A DNA stretch of 64,000 bases from an uncultured virus (IMG/VR IMGVR_UViG_3300020460_001007) (IMGVR_UViG_3300020460_001007); one strand, 5' to 3'. Positions 10,714 to 21,522 are shown, counted from the stretch's first letter. Made by a program: numbers and translations. The notes: generated by a model not told the origin, from the letters alone.

Positions 10714-11991
10714 ATGAAACCAAAGATACTTTTACTGAGTGATGATATTCGGTCCGTCTCTGGAGTCGGTAGAATTAGCAAAGATATAATACTAAATACC
10801 GTATCTGAATTTGATTGGGTACAGATTTCTGCACGATTATCTCAACCTGATGCAGGTCATATAATAGATGTTTCGGAATCAGTTAAATCTATTACTGGAA
10901 TACAGGATGCCAATGTTAAATTGTATTCGAATAGTGGATATGGTGATGAAATGACTTTAAATCGTGTGATGGAGTTGGAGTCTCCTGATGTAATTTTACA
11001 CATAACTGATCCTAGATATTGGTCGTGGTTATATGCAATGGATAGGAAGATTCGTACACATATACCGATATGCTACTATCACGTATGGGATAATGATCCT
11101 GCTCCAAAGTTTAACGAAGGGGCATACAAAAGTTGTGATTGGATTGGGTGCATAAGCAATTTGACTTATCGTATTGTTAATGAAGTTGATACCGACAGAG
11201 AAGATTGGCAAACCGAATATATACCACATGGAGTGTGTCCAAACACATATTTCCCAATGAAACACACGGATTTGGAAAATTTTAAAAATGCGGTATGTAA
11301 TGATAAGGCATATGATTTTATAATTTTATCAAATAATGTCAACATATCGAGGAAACAACTTCCAAGTATAGTTTCCGCATATTCCAAGTTTGGTGATAAA
11401 TTAAAACCACAGGATGCCGAACGAATCCTACTATTGTTACATACAGACCCAACATTTCAAACAGGAACCGACTTGCGTACCCTTGCGGATGCAATATGTC
11501 CAAAATACGATGTTGCATTTTCAACTACAATACTTGATGATGTCAATTTAAATTCACTATACAATATTGCAGATATAACTATAAATACTGCAAGCAATGA
11601 GGGATTTGGTTTATCAACGTTGGAATCTATGATGGCAGGAACTCCGGTTATTGTGTCTAAAACCGGTGGGTTGGTCGACCAGACAATATTAAGTTCAGGT
11701 GATACAGGACGTTGGTGTTCAGTGATAGAACCAAATAACCGAAATTTAACAGGTAGTCAGCAGGTACCATATATTTACGCAGACTTATGTAGTGAGGTAG
11801 ATATTGCAACTGCAATGAAATACTGGTATGACATGGATGGTGAGGAACGAACCAGTAGAGGAATTTCCGGAAGAGAATATGCACAGGAAAACCTAAATGT
11901 AAAGTTAATGTGTGACCGAGTTGCAAATGGTATAAAAACAACAATCGATAACTTTGTTCCACATGAACGAATTAGTTTGATAAAGATATGA
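10714..11991 (+). CDS. GT-B (family 4-like) glycosyltransferase
   Basis: KILLLSDD..SGVG; RKQ; LYNIADI..NEGFGLSTLESMMAGTPVI. Confidence 0.9.
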   Translation: MKPKILLLSDDIRSVSGVGRISKDIILNTVSEFDWVQISARLSQPDAGHIIDVSESVKSITGIQDANVKLYSNSGYGDEMTLNRVMELESPDVILHITDPRYWSWLYAMDRKIRTHIPICYYHVWDNDPAPKFNEGAYKSCDWIGCISNLTYRIVNEVDTDREDWQTEYIPHGVCPNTYFPMKHTDLENFKNAVCNDKAYDFIILSNNVNISRKQLPSIVSAYSKFGDKLKPQDAERILLLLHTDPTFQTGTDLRTLADAICPKYDVAFSTTILDDVNLNSLYNIADITINTASNEGFGLSTLESMMAGTPVIVSKTGGLVDQTILSSGDTGRWCSVIEPNNRNLTGSQQVPYIYADLCSEVDIATAMKYWYDMDGEERTSRGISGREYAQENLNVKLMCDRVANGIKTTIDNFVPHERISLIKI

Positions 11992-13151
11992 ACATATTAT
12001 ATATAGCACCAATTGCAACACGAAGTGGTTATGGAGATAAGGCAAGAGATTTTGCCACATATCTGTTTAATAAACATGAAAACGAAACACTAAATATATT
12101 AAGTACTCGTTGGGGGAGTTGTTCGTTAGATGGACTATCAACTGACTCCGAATCAGATTCACGGATTTTACAACACATATTGGATAACCCACCCCGCACG
12201 ACACCTGATATATTATATCATATGACACTTCCAAACGAATTTAAACAACTGGGCAAGTACAATATAGGGATTACCTCAGGTGTTGAAGTTGATAAATGTC
12301 CTGATTCTTTCATACAAGGTTGCAATCAAATGAATCTTGTAATAGTTCCATCCACATTCACAAAACAGACCATAATGGATACAAAATGTAGTGATGGAAC
12401 AACTTGCACAACTCCCATTGAAGTGGTATTTGAGGGGTATGATTCAAGCATAGTATCACCAAGTACAGATGTGGAGATGAGTACTACTTTGGATGGGATT
12501 GAAGAAGATTTTTGTTTTTTATCAGTCGGTCAATGGGCTTCCATCGCAGATAGAAAAAATCTAAAAGGATTGGTTAAAATTTTTAACGAAACATTTAAGA
12601 ATGAAAAAAAAGCACCCGCATTGGTATTAAAGGTATATGGTACTAGTCATTGCACAACGGATGAACTTGATATTAAAAACCAAATATATTCACTATTAAA
12701 TAATGAATCCAATCATGTACCGATATACGTCATATATGGAAATGTTACAACGAATGAGATGTCTACCATGTATACACATAATAAAATTAAGTGCATGATT
12801 TCTCTGACACGTGGAGAGGGATTCGGCCGACCACTGCTTGAGGCAAGTGTAAACGGACTTCCGATTATAGCATCCAAGTGGTCTGGTCATTTGGATTTTC
12901 TTAATAAAAAATATTGTAAACTACTACCAGGTAGTTATATTACTGCAACTGGTCTCGGTGAACTGGCTCCCGCAGATGCCAAGTGGTTTGATGTTGATTT
13001 GGGAAATGTTTCCACCGAGTTGATTGATATGGTTAATCGGTATGATATTCACAAAAAACGTGCAGACACCTTACAAAAAATAAACTACAAAAATTATAGT
13101 ATTGAATCTATGTACACGGCGTATGATAATGTTCTATCAAAATATATATAG
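11988..13151 (+). CDS. GT-B (family 4-like) glycosyltransferase
   Basis: TRSGYG; DRKN; RGEGFGRPLLEA..GLPIIAS.WSGHLDF. Confidence 0.9.
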   Translation: MNILYIAPIATRSGYGDKARDFATYLFNKHENETLNILSTRWGSCSLDGLSTDSESDSRILQHILDNPPRTTPDILYHMTLPNEFKQLGKYNIGITSGVEVDKCPDSFIQGCNQMNLVIVPSTFTKQTIMDTKCSDGTTCTTPIEVVFEGYDSSIVSPSTDVEMSTTLDGIEEDFCFLSVGQWASIADRKNLKGLVKIFNETFKNEKKAPALVLKVYGTSHCTTDELDIKNQIYSLLNNESNHVPIYVIYGNVTTNEMSTMYTHNKIKCMISLTRGEGFGRPLLEASVNGLPIIASKWSGHLDFLNKKYCKLLPGSYITATGLGELAPADAKWFDVDLGNVSTELIDMVNRYDIHKKRADTLQKINYKNYSIESMYTAYDNVLSKYI

Positions 13152-13192
13152 TATGTATTATTACATATTAAAATATATATCTGAACAATGTC

Positions 13193-13879
13193 ATGGCAAA
13201 CTTAGCACCATATTATCGTAAACTTGTAGGTGGAAACATTACATACCCAAAGACCAAAATGAGACCAGGTCAAGTGGTGTCATTTAAATACTCCACCGGA
13301 AAAATTCAACAAAAAGCATCATCTAGACGAGTACCTCGATTGGTATTTATATTGAATACAAACGACTCTAGAAAACAATCTAAATTGATACACGGGATTA
13401 GTCTAGAACATATACCGTGGATGCAATTTAAGAATTTCATGCAAAAGATTTTAATTCACGACACCCTCACTTTGATAAAAAGACGATACGAAATTCGTGG
13501 TCCGTTTGACGAAATCATTGAACGACCATTGACATATTATCAAAATTATATAAAAAGTGGAATATTAAATTGGGATTGCTATCGAACATATGAATTTATT
13601 GGTATTAATAATTTAAAATTATGGGCACTGGATTACAGAGCATTGTATCCGTCATCACACATAGAGTCCAGGAGTCAGTTGATCAACAACACCGACACGA
13701 TACGAACGATACAAAAAGAAACTAGAATTTTAAATGAAGTCATTAACTTAAAGACTAACCGACATATAAACGACAGTAGATACAGATCCCTTATACTGGA
13801 AAGATTTGGCTCAGTTGAAAATTTTGCAAAAGCGGCCGATGACATTGAAGATTATATAGATCAAACCGATGAAAAATGA
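13193..13879 (+). CDS. Hypothetical protein, possibly T4 gp2 (DNA end protector)-like
   Basis: PGQVVSFKY..PRLVFIL..HGISLEHIP..CYRTY pattern recalls the gp2 family; unverified. Confidence 0.4.
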   Translation: MANLAPYYRKLVGGNITYPKTKMRPGQVVSFKYSTGKIQQKASSRRVPRLVFILNTNDSRKQSKLIHGISLEHIPWMQFKNFMQKILIHDTLTLIKRRYEIRGPFDEIIERPLTYYQNYIKSGILNWDCYRTYEFIGINNLKLWALDYRALYPSSHIESRSQLINNTDTIRTIQKETRILNEVINLKTNRHINDSRYRSLILERFGSVENFAKAADDIEDYIDQTDEK

Positions 13880-14493
13880 ATATTCCAAGTATAAGTTATG
13901 CAGTTACCACACACAATGAGGGTGAACGTGTATTAAAATTAATCGATACATTGTTGCTACACAAGTCACATACAGACGAAGTAGTTGTACTGGATGATTA
14001 CTCAACTGACCCAATAACAAAACTTGCAATTAAAAAGGCAACTCGTTTATATATGCGAAAATTTGAAAATGATTTTGCGGAGCATAAAAATTATTTAAAT
14101 GGGAAATGTAGGGGGGATTATATAGTTCAATTTGACGGAGATGAACTTCCAACTAAGAATTTACTAAAAATAATTCCACAACTAGTATCATCCTGGCCTG
14201 AAACCGATCTGTTTTGGATACCAAGAGAAAATAAACTTTATGATATTGACATGGAATTGATACGCAAATGGAACTGGAATGTGGACGAATTGAATAGAAT
14301 AAATTATCCAGACTATCAAGGTAGGATATATAAAAACCAACAAGATATAAAATGGACACGACCATTGCATGAGTTAATAACTGGTCACAAAACTCAACGA
14401 GTATTACGTCATTCTTCCGGAGTAGATATACTACACCATAGACATATGGAAGAACAAATAAAACATAATTCATATTATGATGAAAACTTTTGA
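13876..14493 (+). CDS. GT-A (family 2-like) glycosyltransferase
   Basis: ISYAVTTHNE, VVVLDDYSTD, DFAEHKN, FDGDE, YPDYQGR, LHE. Confidence 0.9.
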   Translation: MNIPSISYAVTTHNEGERVLKLIDTLLLHKSHTDEVVVLDDYSTDPITKLAIKKATRLYMRKFENDFAEHKNYLNGKCRGDYIVQFDGDELPTKNLLKIIPQLVSSWPETDLFWIPRENKLYDIDMELIRKWNWNVDELNRINYPDYQGRIYKNQQDIKWTRPLHELITGHKTQRVLRHSSGVDILHHRHMEEQIKHNSYYDENF

Positions 14494-16225
14494 AAACTCC
14501 AGATACGGAAAAAAACTTGCCGTGGTGTGTTGTTACTACAATCCATGTAATTATTCTTCAAGATTTTTAAATTATATAACATTTATTGAGAATCTAAAAC
14601 GACATAACATTCACACTGTTACGGTGGAAGCATATTCTTTCAACTCAAAATATCGAGTGGATAAATTAAACATAAACACAATATCAGTAAGAAGTACTCA
14701 AATCTATTGGATGAAGGAGTGTCTGTTGAATATAGGAATCCAACGTCTACTGGATGATGGATATGAAAACATAGTATGGTTAGATGCCGACATTATATTC
14801 AAATCAACAACTTGGCCAGAGACACTTTTAAATGAGTTGTCTATGAACAACGTAGTGCAAGTGTTTGATTCATGTTACGAATCAACCAAATCTGGTATAT
14901 ATGATGTAGGAAACTCAACTATATCATTGACCCACGACAAAAAAATATTAGAAGGTGTGTTAGGCAGAGTTGGTGAACTTGGATATGGTTATGCATACAA
15001 TTCAAATATACTTTCCAAGTGTAAGTTATATGATTCGGCAATTCTCGGAGCGGGTGATTTTGCAAACATACTTGGATGTGTGTATGAATCAGAGTGGGAT
15101 TCTATAATACGAAACGATAGATTTTTTCATAACACCTCAGAAGATTTCACACAGGACTATATAAATTGGGCAAAACAGATGTCACACCAAGTTTCTGGTA
15201 AGGTTGGATATTGTAAGGAAGATATAAACGTACTACACCACGGAAACAGACAACATAGAAACTATATATCAAGAGAAAATATAATAAAACACTATAAATT
15301 TAGACCAACATATGACTTAACACGCTCACCCACTGGGTTGTATATAATATCAAACCGACTTATGGATATGACCCGTGACATAGAACGTTATTTCAAAAAT
15401 AGGAAAGAAGACGATGAATTGTCACATGAACTGAAACTGGAAGCAACTACATCAGTTAAAAATGCAAACTTTTACACCGAATCTGCATCTCGTATAGACA
15501 TTCAAACACCTTCATCATATTTGGTGAATTATAAAAATATACACACCACAGATTATACACAAAATTATTCCAAGGTTGAAGATTATATACTAAATAAAAA
15601 TGTAGCAAGAAACAAACCAGTTGGAAACAGAAATACAAGCAAGTCCGACTATAACTTTCTGGTAGTATGTTCCCGACATACAAAATCACCAATACCCCTC
15701 GTAGATATACCCCGAGTCGTATATTCGAAATCTGGAATGATAGTCCTCGGAGAATATGCAATGCCAACCCACCGACATTCCGTTGCACACACGTATCTAT
15801 CATATATAGTAAATGAATATAATGAACTCCCACGACATATATTATTTTTTAATGACATAACAATGGAAGACAAAGTTTCCGATTGGGTAAACTCTTCACC
15901 GACATCAACTGCATATAAAACATACACCAACACACGCAGGAGGATAGCAATTGGTCCTGATGGCCACTTAAAGGGGAGATTAAATTGGTTATATCGAACT
16001 ATGAAAAAAAGCAAATATGATTTTAAAACTTGGGTTACATCACTACTGCCAGGAATAAAAATTCCAACCAGGTATACTCCAGGGTCAACATTCAGTGTGT
16101 CAAGAGATGTAATACGAAAAAGATCAATTAATTTCTATCGTGGGTTGTTAAACGCAATTCCGAGTGGGGGATATTGTGAAGAGGAACATTATTTTGAATG
16201 TTGCTGGGAAAGCATTTTCTCATGA
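14477..16225 (+). CDS. GT-A-like domain fused to a DUF3431-like C-terminal domain
   Basis: WMKECLLNIG..WLDADI..VVQVF..LGAGD..HHG; C-terminal HTYLSYIVNEYNELP..F..FSVSRDVIRKR..FE..W..IF. Confidence 0.65.
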   Translation: MMKTFENSRYGKKLAVVCCYYNPCNYSSRFLNYITFIENLKRHNIHTVTVEAYSFNSKYRVDKLNINTISVRSTQIYWMKECLLNIGIQRLLDDGYENIVWLDADIIFKSTTWPETLLNELSMNNVVQVFDSCYESTKSGIYDVGNSTISLTHDKKILEGVLGRVGELGYGYAYNSNILSKCKLYDSAILGAGDFANILGCVYESEWDSIIRNDRFFHNTSEDFTQDYINWAKQMSHQVSGKVGYCKEDINVLHHGNRQHRNYISRENIIKHYKFRPTYDLTRSPTGLYIISNRLMDMTRDIERYFKNRKEDDELSHELKLEATTSVKNANFYTESASRIDIQTPSSYLVNYKNIHTTDYTQNYSKVEDYILNKNVARNKPVGNRNTSKSDYNFLVVCSRHTKSPIPLVDIPRVVYSKSGMIVLGEYAMPTHRHSVAHTYLSYIVNEYNELPRHILFFNDITMEDKVSDWVNSSPTSTAYKTYTNTRRRIAIGPDGHLKGRLNWLYRTMKKSKYDFKTWVTSLLPGIKIPTRYTPGSTFSVSRDVIRKRSINFYRGLLNAIPSGGYCEEEHYFECCWESIFS

Positions 16226-17106
16226 ACTTGGTACTATCCATTCACATATTCCCAAACGAACTTGGAAAATATCAACGACTCGTAGAACGAATAAATGCAA
16301 CCCACTCTTACATAGAATCACGAACGAACACAATTTCTACTCACGTGGTATTAAATTTAAATGATTCACTAATTGACTGGAACAACTCCCCAATAAAAAA
16401 AGAAGAAGTCATATCAACATATACAGACATAAACAATATATTGACAACTGATGATAATGTATGTACATACATAAACAACCCAAACTTTATTGGGGTGAAT
16501 GAACATAGACGCAACACGATTAAAAACTATACAGATGTGGACTCAATAATTTTTCTAGATGCCGATGTCCATTTTCGTGATAAAATATTAAAACATCATA
16601 TCGATGCATACTCATTAATAGACACCGACACCATGTTCATAATTACACCACAAACTGTTAGACTATGGGATGATACTTGGGATTGTATTGTGAACGATAG
16701 GTATATAAAAAAATCCCACAATTTCCATAAGAAAATAATTCCAAATGAAGTATTGTCCCATGAGCACGGAGATGTCACACTGGTACCCACGGACTCATTC
16801 AAGTGGGGAGGTGGGTGGTTTAATTCAATTTCACCAAAACTTCTTTCACTGGTGGGCATACCTGAATCATTTGTGGGTTATGGACCGGATGACACATATG
16901 TAATGCAGTGTGCGTATTTATTAAAAAATCGTGGATATAAAATTCAACAATACATACTACAAAATGAACTAATTGTAGAAGAACCTACCAAACCCACGGA
17001 GTGTCCGTATAGCAAAATACCAATGAAGGAAAACTCCACATCGTTCAGGACCAAGTCAGAACGAATATTTGGTGCAGAAATAAAAAACTTTTTATCAAAA
17101 CTATAA
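16222..17106 (+). CDS. GT-A glycosyltransferase-like protein
   Basis: IIFLDADV (DxD) and GYGPDDT motifs; ATG 16222 overlaps the previous stop. Confidence 0.7.
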   Translation: MNLVLSIHIFPNELGKYQRLVERINATHSYIESRTNTISTHVVLNLNDSLIDWNNSPIKKEEVISTYTDINNILTTDDNVCTYINNPNFIGVNEHRRNTIKNYTDVDSIIFLDADVHFRDKILKHHIDAYSLIDTDTMFIITPQTVRLWDDTWDCIVNDRYIKKSHNFHKKIIPNEVLSHEHGDVTLVPTDSFKWGGGWFNSISPKLLSLVGIPESFVGYGPDDTYVMQCAYLLKNRGYKIQQYILQNELIVEEPTKPTECPYSKIPMKENSTSFRTKSERIFGAEIKNFLSKL

Positions 17107-17119
17107 AAACTGCATATAT

Positions 17120-17935
17120 ATGGATATGAAACTTCGACATATTCTTATCATACCACCCATATTATTAGTAACTATCATGAACCAAGGTTGCTTTAACGTA
17201 ACATGGGGATTGAAAGAGCAACGACAAGAAATTGCCGGAGAAATTGCAAGAAAAGAAGGAGAACTTGATCGTCACACAAGAGCATTTGTATCAGGAACAG
17301 TAGATGCTTTATCTTTATCAGAAGACAAGTCCAAAGAAGATTTAGTAGCACTATCGTTTGCACAAAAAGCACAAGAGATAGTTGGACTACCACAACCGGG
17401 TGATAAAATCCATGTAGAGGATGTACTAAGCAACAATGAAATTGCAGTAGAGAATATAGCAGACCGGGACAAAGACGTAATTGAATTAAGTAGACGTAAA
17501 GAAATCCTCGGACATGACTTAAAGGACACCGAAGAAAAACTAATCAGTTTAGGTGAGTTGAAAGCAAAAGAAAATAAAGATGGATTCTTTTCATCGTTAT
17601 GGGCATGGTTAACAGGAACATTCGGTTTGCTCGGAGCAATAGCAGTTTGTATTATAGCAGGCCCTGCATTATTGCCGATTATCACACAATTCATAGGTTG
17701 GTTAGTGGGTAAAATACCTGGGTTAATTACATGGTTGGGAATTACAAGTAGCAAGATGACATCAAATATTATCAAGGGTGTCCACGATGCTAAAGAAAAA
17801 ATACGATCAGTTGATGAGGATAGGAAATTCAGCAAGAACGAAGTTTTGAACATATTCGGTTCATCTCTAGGTAACTCAACCAATGACACCGACAAAAATG
17901 TCATCGCAAGAATAAAACGCAGATTCAAGAAATAA
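17120..17935 (+). CDS. Putative lipoprotein with coiled coil and hydrophobic membrane segments
   Basis: Signal-like MDMKLRHILIIPPILLVTIMNQGC; hydrophobic segment LWAWLTGTFGLLGAIAVCIIAGPALLPIITQFIGWL. Confidence 0.6.
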   Translation: MDMKLRHILIIPPILLVTIMNQGCFNVTWGLKEQRQEIAGEIARKEGELDRHTRAFVSGTVDALSLSEDKSKEDLVALSFAQKAQEIVGLPQPGDKIHVEDVLSNNEIAVENIADRDKDVIELSRRKEILGHDLKDTEEKLISLGELKAKENKDGFFSSLWAWLTGTFGLLGAIAVCIIAGPALLPIITQFIGWLVGKIPGLITWLGITSSKMTSNIIKGVHDAKEKIRSVDEDRKFSKNEVLNIFGSSLGNSTNDTDKNVIARIKRRFKK

Positions 17936-18001
17936 ACCCCACCTTTGTTATATTTATAACAAAAGGTTATACCGCATTTTAATTTATGGAGATTGCGCTA
18001 T

Positions 18002-18877
18002 ATGAAGATTGGAGTTGTTGGTAACGGATTCGTGGGTCATGCAATGACATTGCTTAGACCACATGTAGAAGTATTGGTATGGGACATAGTTCCAGAAAAG
18101 AGAGATCCAGAGACATTGGATATTGAAACGTTCGTGGAGGAGTCCGAAATTATTTTCGTTGCTGTTCCCACACCGATGAATGCAGATGGGAGTTGCAATC
18201 TAGATATTGTGCGTTCCGTGTGCGAAGAGATTCAAGAAATAGACGATACCAAGTATATCGTTCTGCGTTCAACAGTACCACCTGGAACGAGTGAAGAACT
18301 TGACGTGGCATTTATGCCGGAATTCCTCACGGAAAAGAATTGGCCAACCGATTTTAAAAATTGCGATCAATGGATACTTGGTTCAACCGACCCGTTCTTG
18401 TATGAAAAAATGAAACGCATGTTTGAACTTGCCCATAACAACGGCAATGGTTCGGTTGTCAACAAGAATGTAATTCAGTGTAAACCAAGTGAAGCAGAAA
18501 TGATAAAGTATTTAAAGAACGTATTTCTTAGTGTTAAGGTTGGGTTCTTTAACGAACTTGAGTCAATATGCTCAGAGTTGGACATTGACTATGAAAACGT
18601 TAGATGTATCGCAACCCAAGATAAACGAATTGGAAGTGGTCATACTAAAGTTCCTGGACATGACGGACACCGAGGGTTTGGTGGAACTTGTTTCCCAAAG
18701 GATACTAATGCACTCGCAAGTTTTGCAGAAGATAATATAATACCAACTCCGATTCTTGATGCGGTAATTAAAAGAAACGAAGAACTTGATCGTCCAGAAA
18801 AAGATTGGATGGCAGATAAAGGTCGTGCAGTTTCTGCGGAAATCACAACAAAGAAATCCAAAAAAGAAACCAAGTAG
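18002..18877 (+). CDS. ugd: UDP-glucose/GDP-mannose 6-dehydrogenase family (short phage form lacking the C-terminal domain)
   Basis: GNGFVG, AVPTP, RSTVPPGT, PEFL, AEMIKY..N, GFGGTCFPKD. Confidence 0.88.
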   Translation: MKIGVVGNGFVGHAMTLLRPHVEVLVWDIVPEKRDPETLDIETFVEESEIIFVAVPTPMNADGSCNLDIVRSVCEEIQEIDDTKYIVLRSTVPPGTSEELDVAFMPEFLTEKNWPTDFKNCDQWILGSTDPFLYEKMKRMFELAHNNGNGSVVNKNVIQCKPSEAEMIKYLKNVFLSVKVGFFNELESICSELDIDYENVRCIATQDKRIGSGHTKVPGHDGHRGFGGTCFPKDTNALASFAEDNIIPTPILDAVIKRNEELDRPEKDWMADKGRAVSAEITTKKSKKETK

Positions 18878-18879
18878 AT

Positions 18880-19833
18880 ATGGATTACTACGATTTCTTT
18901 AATGGTGATGCGGATGGCATCATAAGTCTACATCAATACAGAACGCACTATCCAAAGAACTCCAAGTTGTTTACTGGAGTCAAACGTGATGTGAAATTAC
19001 TTAGGCATTGTACCGACATAAAAGATTCAACCTTTACGGTGTTTGATATATCCTTACTTTCCAATGCAGACTATATAAAACCAATATTGGATAATGGAAA
19101 TTACGTCAAGTGGTTTGACCACCACGAACCAGGTGAAACGGAACTGGGAGATAACTTTAGCATCAAGGTGGATGCAGACCCCAGTTGTTGTACAAACATA
19201 TTGGTTGATGAGTATTTGAATGGTTTGTATCGTCCGTGGACAATATGTGGAATATATGGAGATAACCTCCACGAACAAGCAGACAAATTCAACCCATGCT
19301 TCAACAAAGAGTCAATGAACAAGTTAAAGGAAGTGGGAGAAACTTTGAACTACAATGGATATGGAAACGAGGAACTTGACTTGACTGTTCACCCCAAAGA
19401 CGTATACCTTGACTTGAAGGATTATGAATCTCCGTTTGAATACAGAAAGAAGTCGGAAACCTATCACAAGATTCATACACAGATGAAATCAGATGAAGCA
19501 GAATTAAGTTCTTCCGAAATTTTACATGAGTCCGAACCGGGCAAGGTAATACTTCTTCCAAATACAAGAGCATCCATTCGTTATTCGGGAATTTATAGCA
19601 ACCAACAAACAACAGACAATCCAGATAAAGCGTTTGCAATACTTACTTCAGTAGACGGAGGGAACTACCGCATCAGCATTCGTTCACCAAAAACAAATCC
19701 ATACGGAGCAAGCAAGCTTGCATTGCAGTTTCCTACTGGTGGTGGTCGTGAAAAAGCAGCGGGTGTCAATGAACTTCCGAAGTCAGAGTTAAATAACTTC
19801 ATTGAAAAATTTGAAGAAGTGTATGGAAAATGA
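18880..19833 (+). CDS. DHH/DHHA1 phosphoesterase
   Basis: NGDADG, FDIS, FDHH, GGGREKAAG. Confidence 0.85.
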   Translation: MDYYDFFNGDADGIISLHQYRTHYPKNSKLFTGVKRDVKLLRHCTDIKDSTFTVFDISLLSNADYIKPILDNGNYVKWFDHHEPGETELGDNFSIKVDADPSCCTNILVDEYLNGLYRPWTICGIYGDNLHEQADKFNPCFNKESMNKLKEVGETLNYNGYGNEELDLTVHPKDVYLDLKDYESPFEYRKKSETYHKIHTQMKSDEAELSSSEILHESEPGKVILLPNTRASIRYSGIYSNQQTTDNPDKAFAILTSVDGGNYRISIRSPKTNPYGASKLALQFPTGGGREKAAGVNELPKSELNNFIEKFEEVYGK

Positions 19834-20459
19834 TTGTATCCCACAAACACAAGTTTATATTTTTCAAACCTTGGAAGGTCGGTGGTAATAGTGTTGAACA
19901 CAATCTGATTGAGCATTGTGGTGACAAAGACTTAATAGATACAACACACCGAAATCCCAAAGATACCCTTGACATAATAGGAAAACGAAAGTTCAACAAA
20001 TACTTTAAGTTCACAATCGCAAGGAATCCTTGGGATAGAATGGTTTCTTATTTTTGGTGGCAAGACGGAGGTTTGGTTGGAAAGAATCATAGAAAGAACA
20101 TCGACAAACTTGTAAAGATGCAGTTTAACGGATATCAGTTCAAAGAACAATTTGCTCGTTGGATTGGAAATTATTCCCACTTCAACCAACCTTTCTATTT
20201 TGATGACAAAGGAAATCCAATAATGGATCATTATATGAAGTTTGAAAATCTAGACGATGACTATAAGCAAATTTGCAAGAAGTTGAAGTTGCCTTACAAG
20301 AGTCTTAAAAAAATAGGAACATTTCCATTCAAGAAAAAGAATGAAGAATATTGGAAATATTACAACTACGAGTCGGGTGCGGTGATTGCACAACGACATA
20401 AAAAAACAATAGAAATGTTTAACTATACGTGTGGTCCTTCACCGGAGAAAGATATTTAA
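19830..20459 (+). CDS. Sulfotransferase family 2 protein
   Basis: MIVSHKHKFIF..KVGGNS (5'-PSB) and RNPWDRMVSYF (3'-PB). Confidence 0.85.
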   Translation: MIVSHKHKFIFFKPWKVGGNSVEHNLIEHCGDKDLIDTTHRNPKDTLDIIGKRKFNKYFKFTIARNPWDRMVSYFWWQDGGLVGKNHRKNIDKLVKMQFNGYQFKEQFARWIGNYSHFNQPFYFDDKGNPIMDHYMKFENLDDDYKQICKKLKLPYKSLKKIGTFPFKKKNEEYWKYYNYESGAVIAQRHKKTIEMFNYTCGPSPEKDI

Positions 20460-20463
20460 TTAT

Positions 20464-20715
20464 ATGAAGTTATCAGATGCTAAAATAGAAAACGATCAGA
20501 TAGTTCTAAAGTTTGATTATCGTATGTATGGAATCGGTGATGATATTACCATGATGCACGATTTGAAGTTGTGGTCAGACCCAAAACAAGTATGTGAAGA
20601 CTTGGTGAATACTGCAAATGGAATTATAGATACATTAGAACTTGATATGGAAATTAAATCAGTAGAAAAAAAGTCCGACATTTCTAAACAAGATTTGTCT
20701 GATAGGTGGGGATAA
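20464..20715 (+). CDS. Hypothetical protein
   Basis: 83-aa ORF filling the gap in the operon. Confidence 0.6.
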   Translation: MKLSDAKIENDQIVLKFDYRMYGIGDDITMMHDLKLWSDPKQVCEDLVNTANGIIDTLELDMEIKSVEKKSDISKQDLSDRWG

Positions 20716-20719
20716 ATTT

Positions 20720-21091
20720 ATGAGTAAACAAGACGAAAGCATTAGACCTTGGGGAAATTATGAAATTCTCCTAGACGCAGAATACTGCAAAGTTAAACGC
20801 ATCTTTGTAAAACCAGGACAAAGACTAAGTTATCAGTATCATCACAAACGACAAGAAGCATGGACAGTTGTTAGTGGTGTGGCAAGAATAACCTTGGATG
20901 ATGTCACGGAAGATTACAAACCAGGTGAAACCGTGTTGATTCCACTTGGTGCAAAACATAGAATGGCAAACCCAAGTGATTCAGAAGATATGATTTTGGT
21001 GGAAGTTCAAACAGGAACTTATTTCGGTGAAGATGACATTGTCCGAGTTCAAGATGACTATGATCGTCCAGAAAAACACGAATCGGAGTAA
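20720..21091 (+). CDS. Type II mannose-6-phosphate isomerase, stand-alone cupin domain
   Basis: RPWG, KVKRI.VKPGQRLSYQYHHKRQEAW, EVQTGTYFGEDDIVR. Confidence 0.92.
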   Translation: MSKQDESIRPWGNYEILLDAEYCKVKRIFVKPGQRLSYQYHHKRQEAWTVVSGVARITLDDVTEDYKPGETVLIPLGAKHRMANPSDSEDMILVEVQTGTYFGEDDIVRVQDDYDRPEKHESE

Positions 21092-21095
21092 CATT

Positions 21096-21503
21096 ATGAA
21101 AACAGTAGCAGTTAGTGGATACTTTGACCCAATCCATGTGGGACACTTGGAATACCTTGAGTTAGCAAAAGAACTTGGTGATCGTCTTGTTGTTATCGTA
21201 AACAACAACCATCAATGTGTTCTTAAAAAGGGCAAACCATTTATGGATGAAGCAGACCGAGTAAAAATCGTAGAAGCACTCGGAATCGTTGACGAAGCAT
21301 TTCTCAGCATTGACGAAGACAAAAGTGTATGTGCTTCACTCGATGCAATTAAACCAGACATCTTTGCAAATGGTGGAGACAGAAGCACGGGTGAAGTTCC
21401 AGAAAGTGTTGTGTGTAAGAAACATGGAATAGAAATGGTCGATGGTCTCGGCGACAAAATCAGAAGTTCTTCGGACTTGACTGGGTTAAAAGAAAAGAAG
21501 TAG
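21096..21503 (+). CDS. Cytidylyltransferase-like (HxGH) nucleotidyltransferase
   Basis: SGYFDPIHVGH, FANGGDR, KIRSSS. Confidence 0.88.
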   Translation: MKTVAVSGYFDPIHVGHLEYLELAKELGDRLVVIVNNNHQCVLKKGKPFMDEADRVKIVEALGIVDEAFLSIDEDKSVCASLDAIKPDIFANGGDRSTGEVPESVVCKKHGIEMVDGLGDKIRSSSDLTGLKEKK

Positions 21504-21522
21504 TTTCAATCTATTTATAGAC

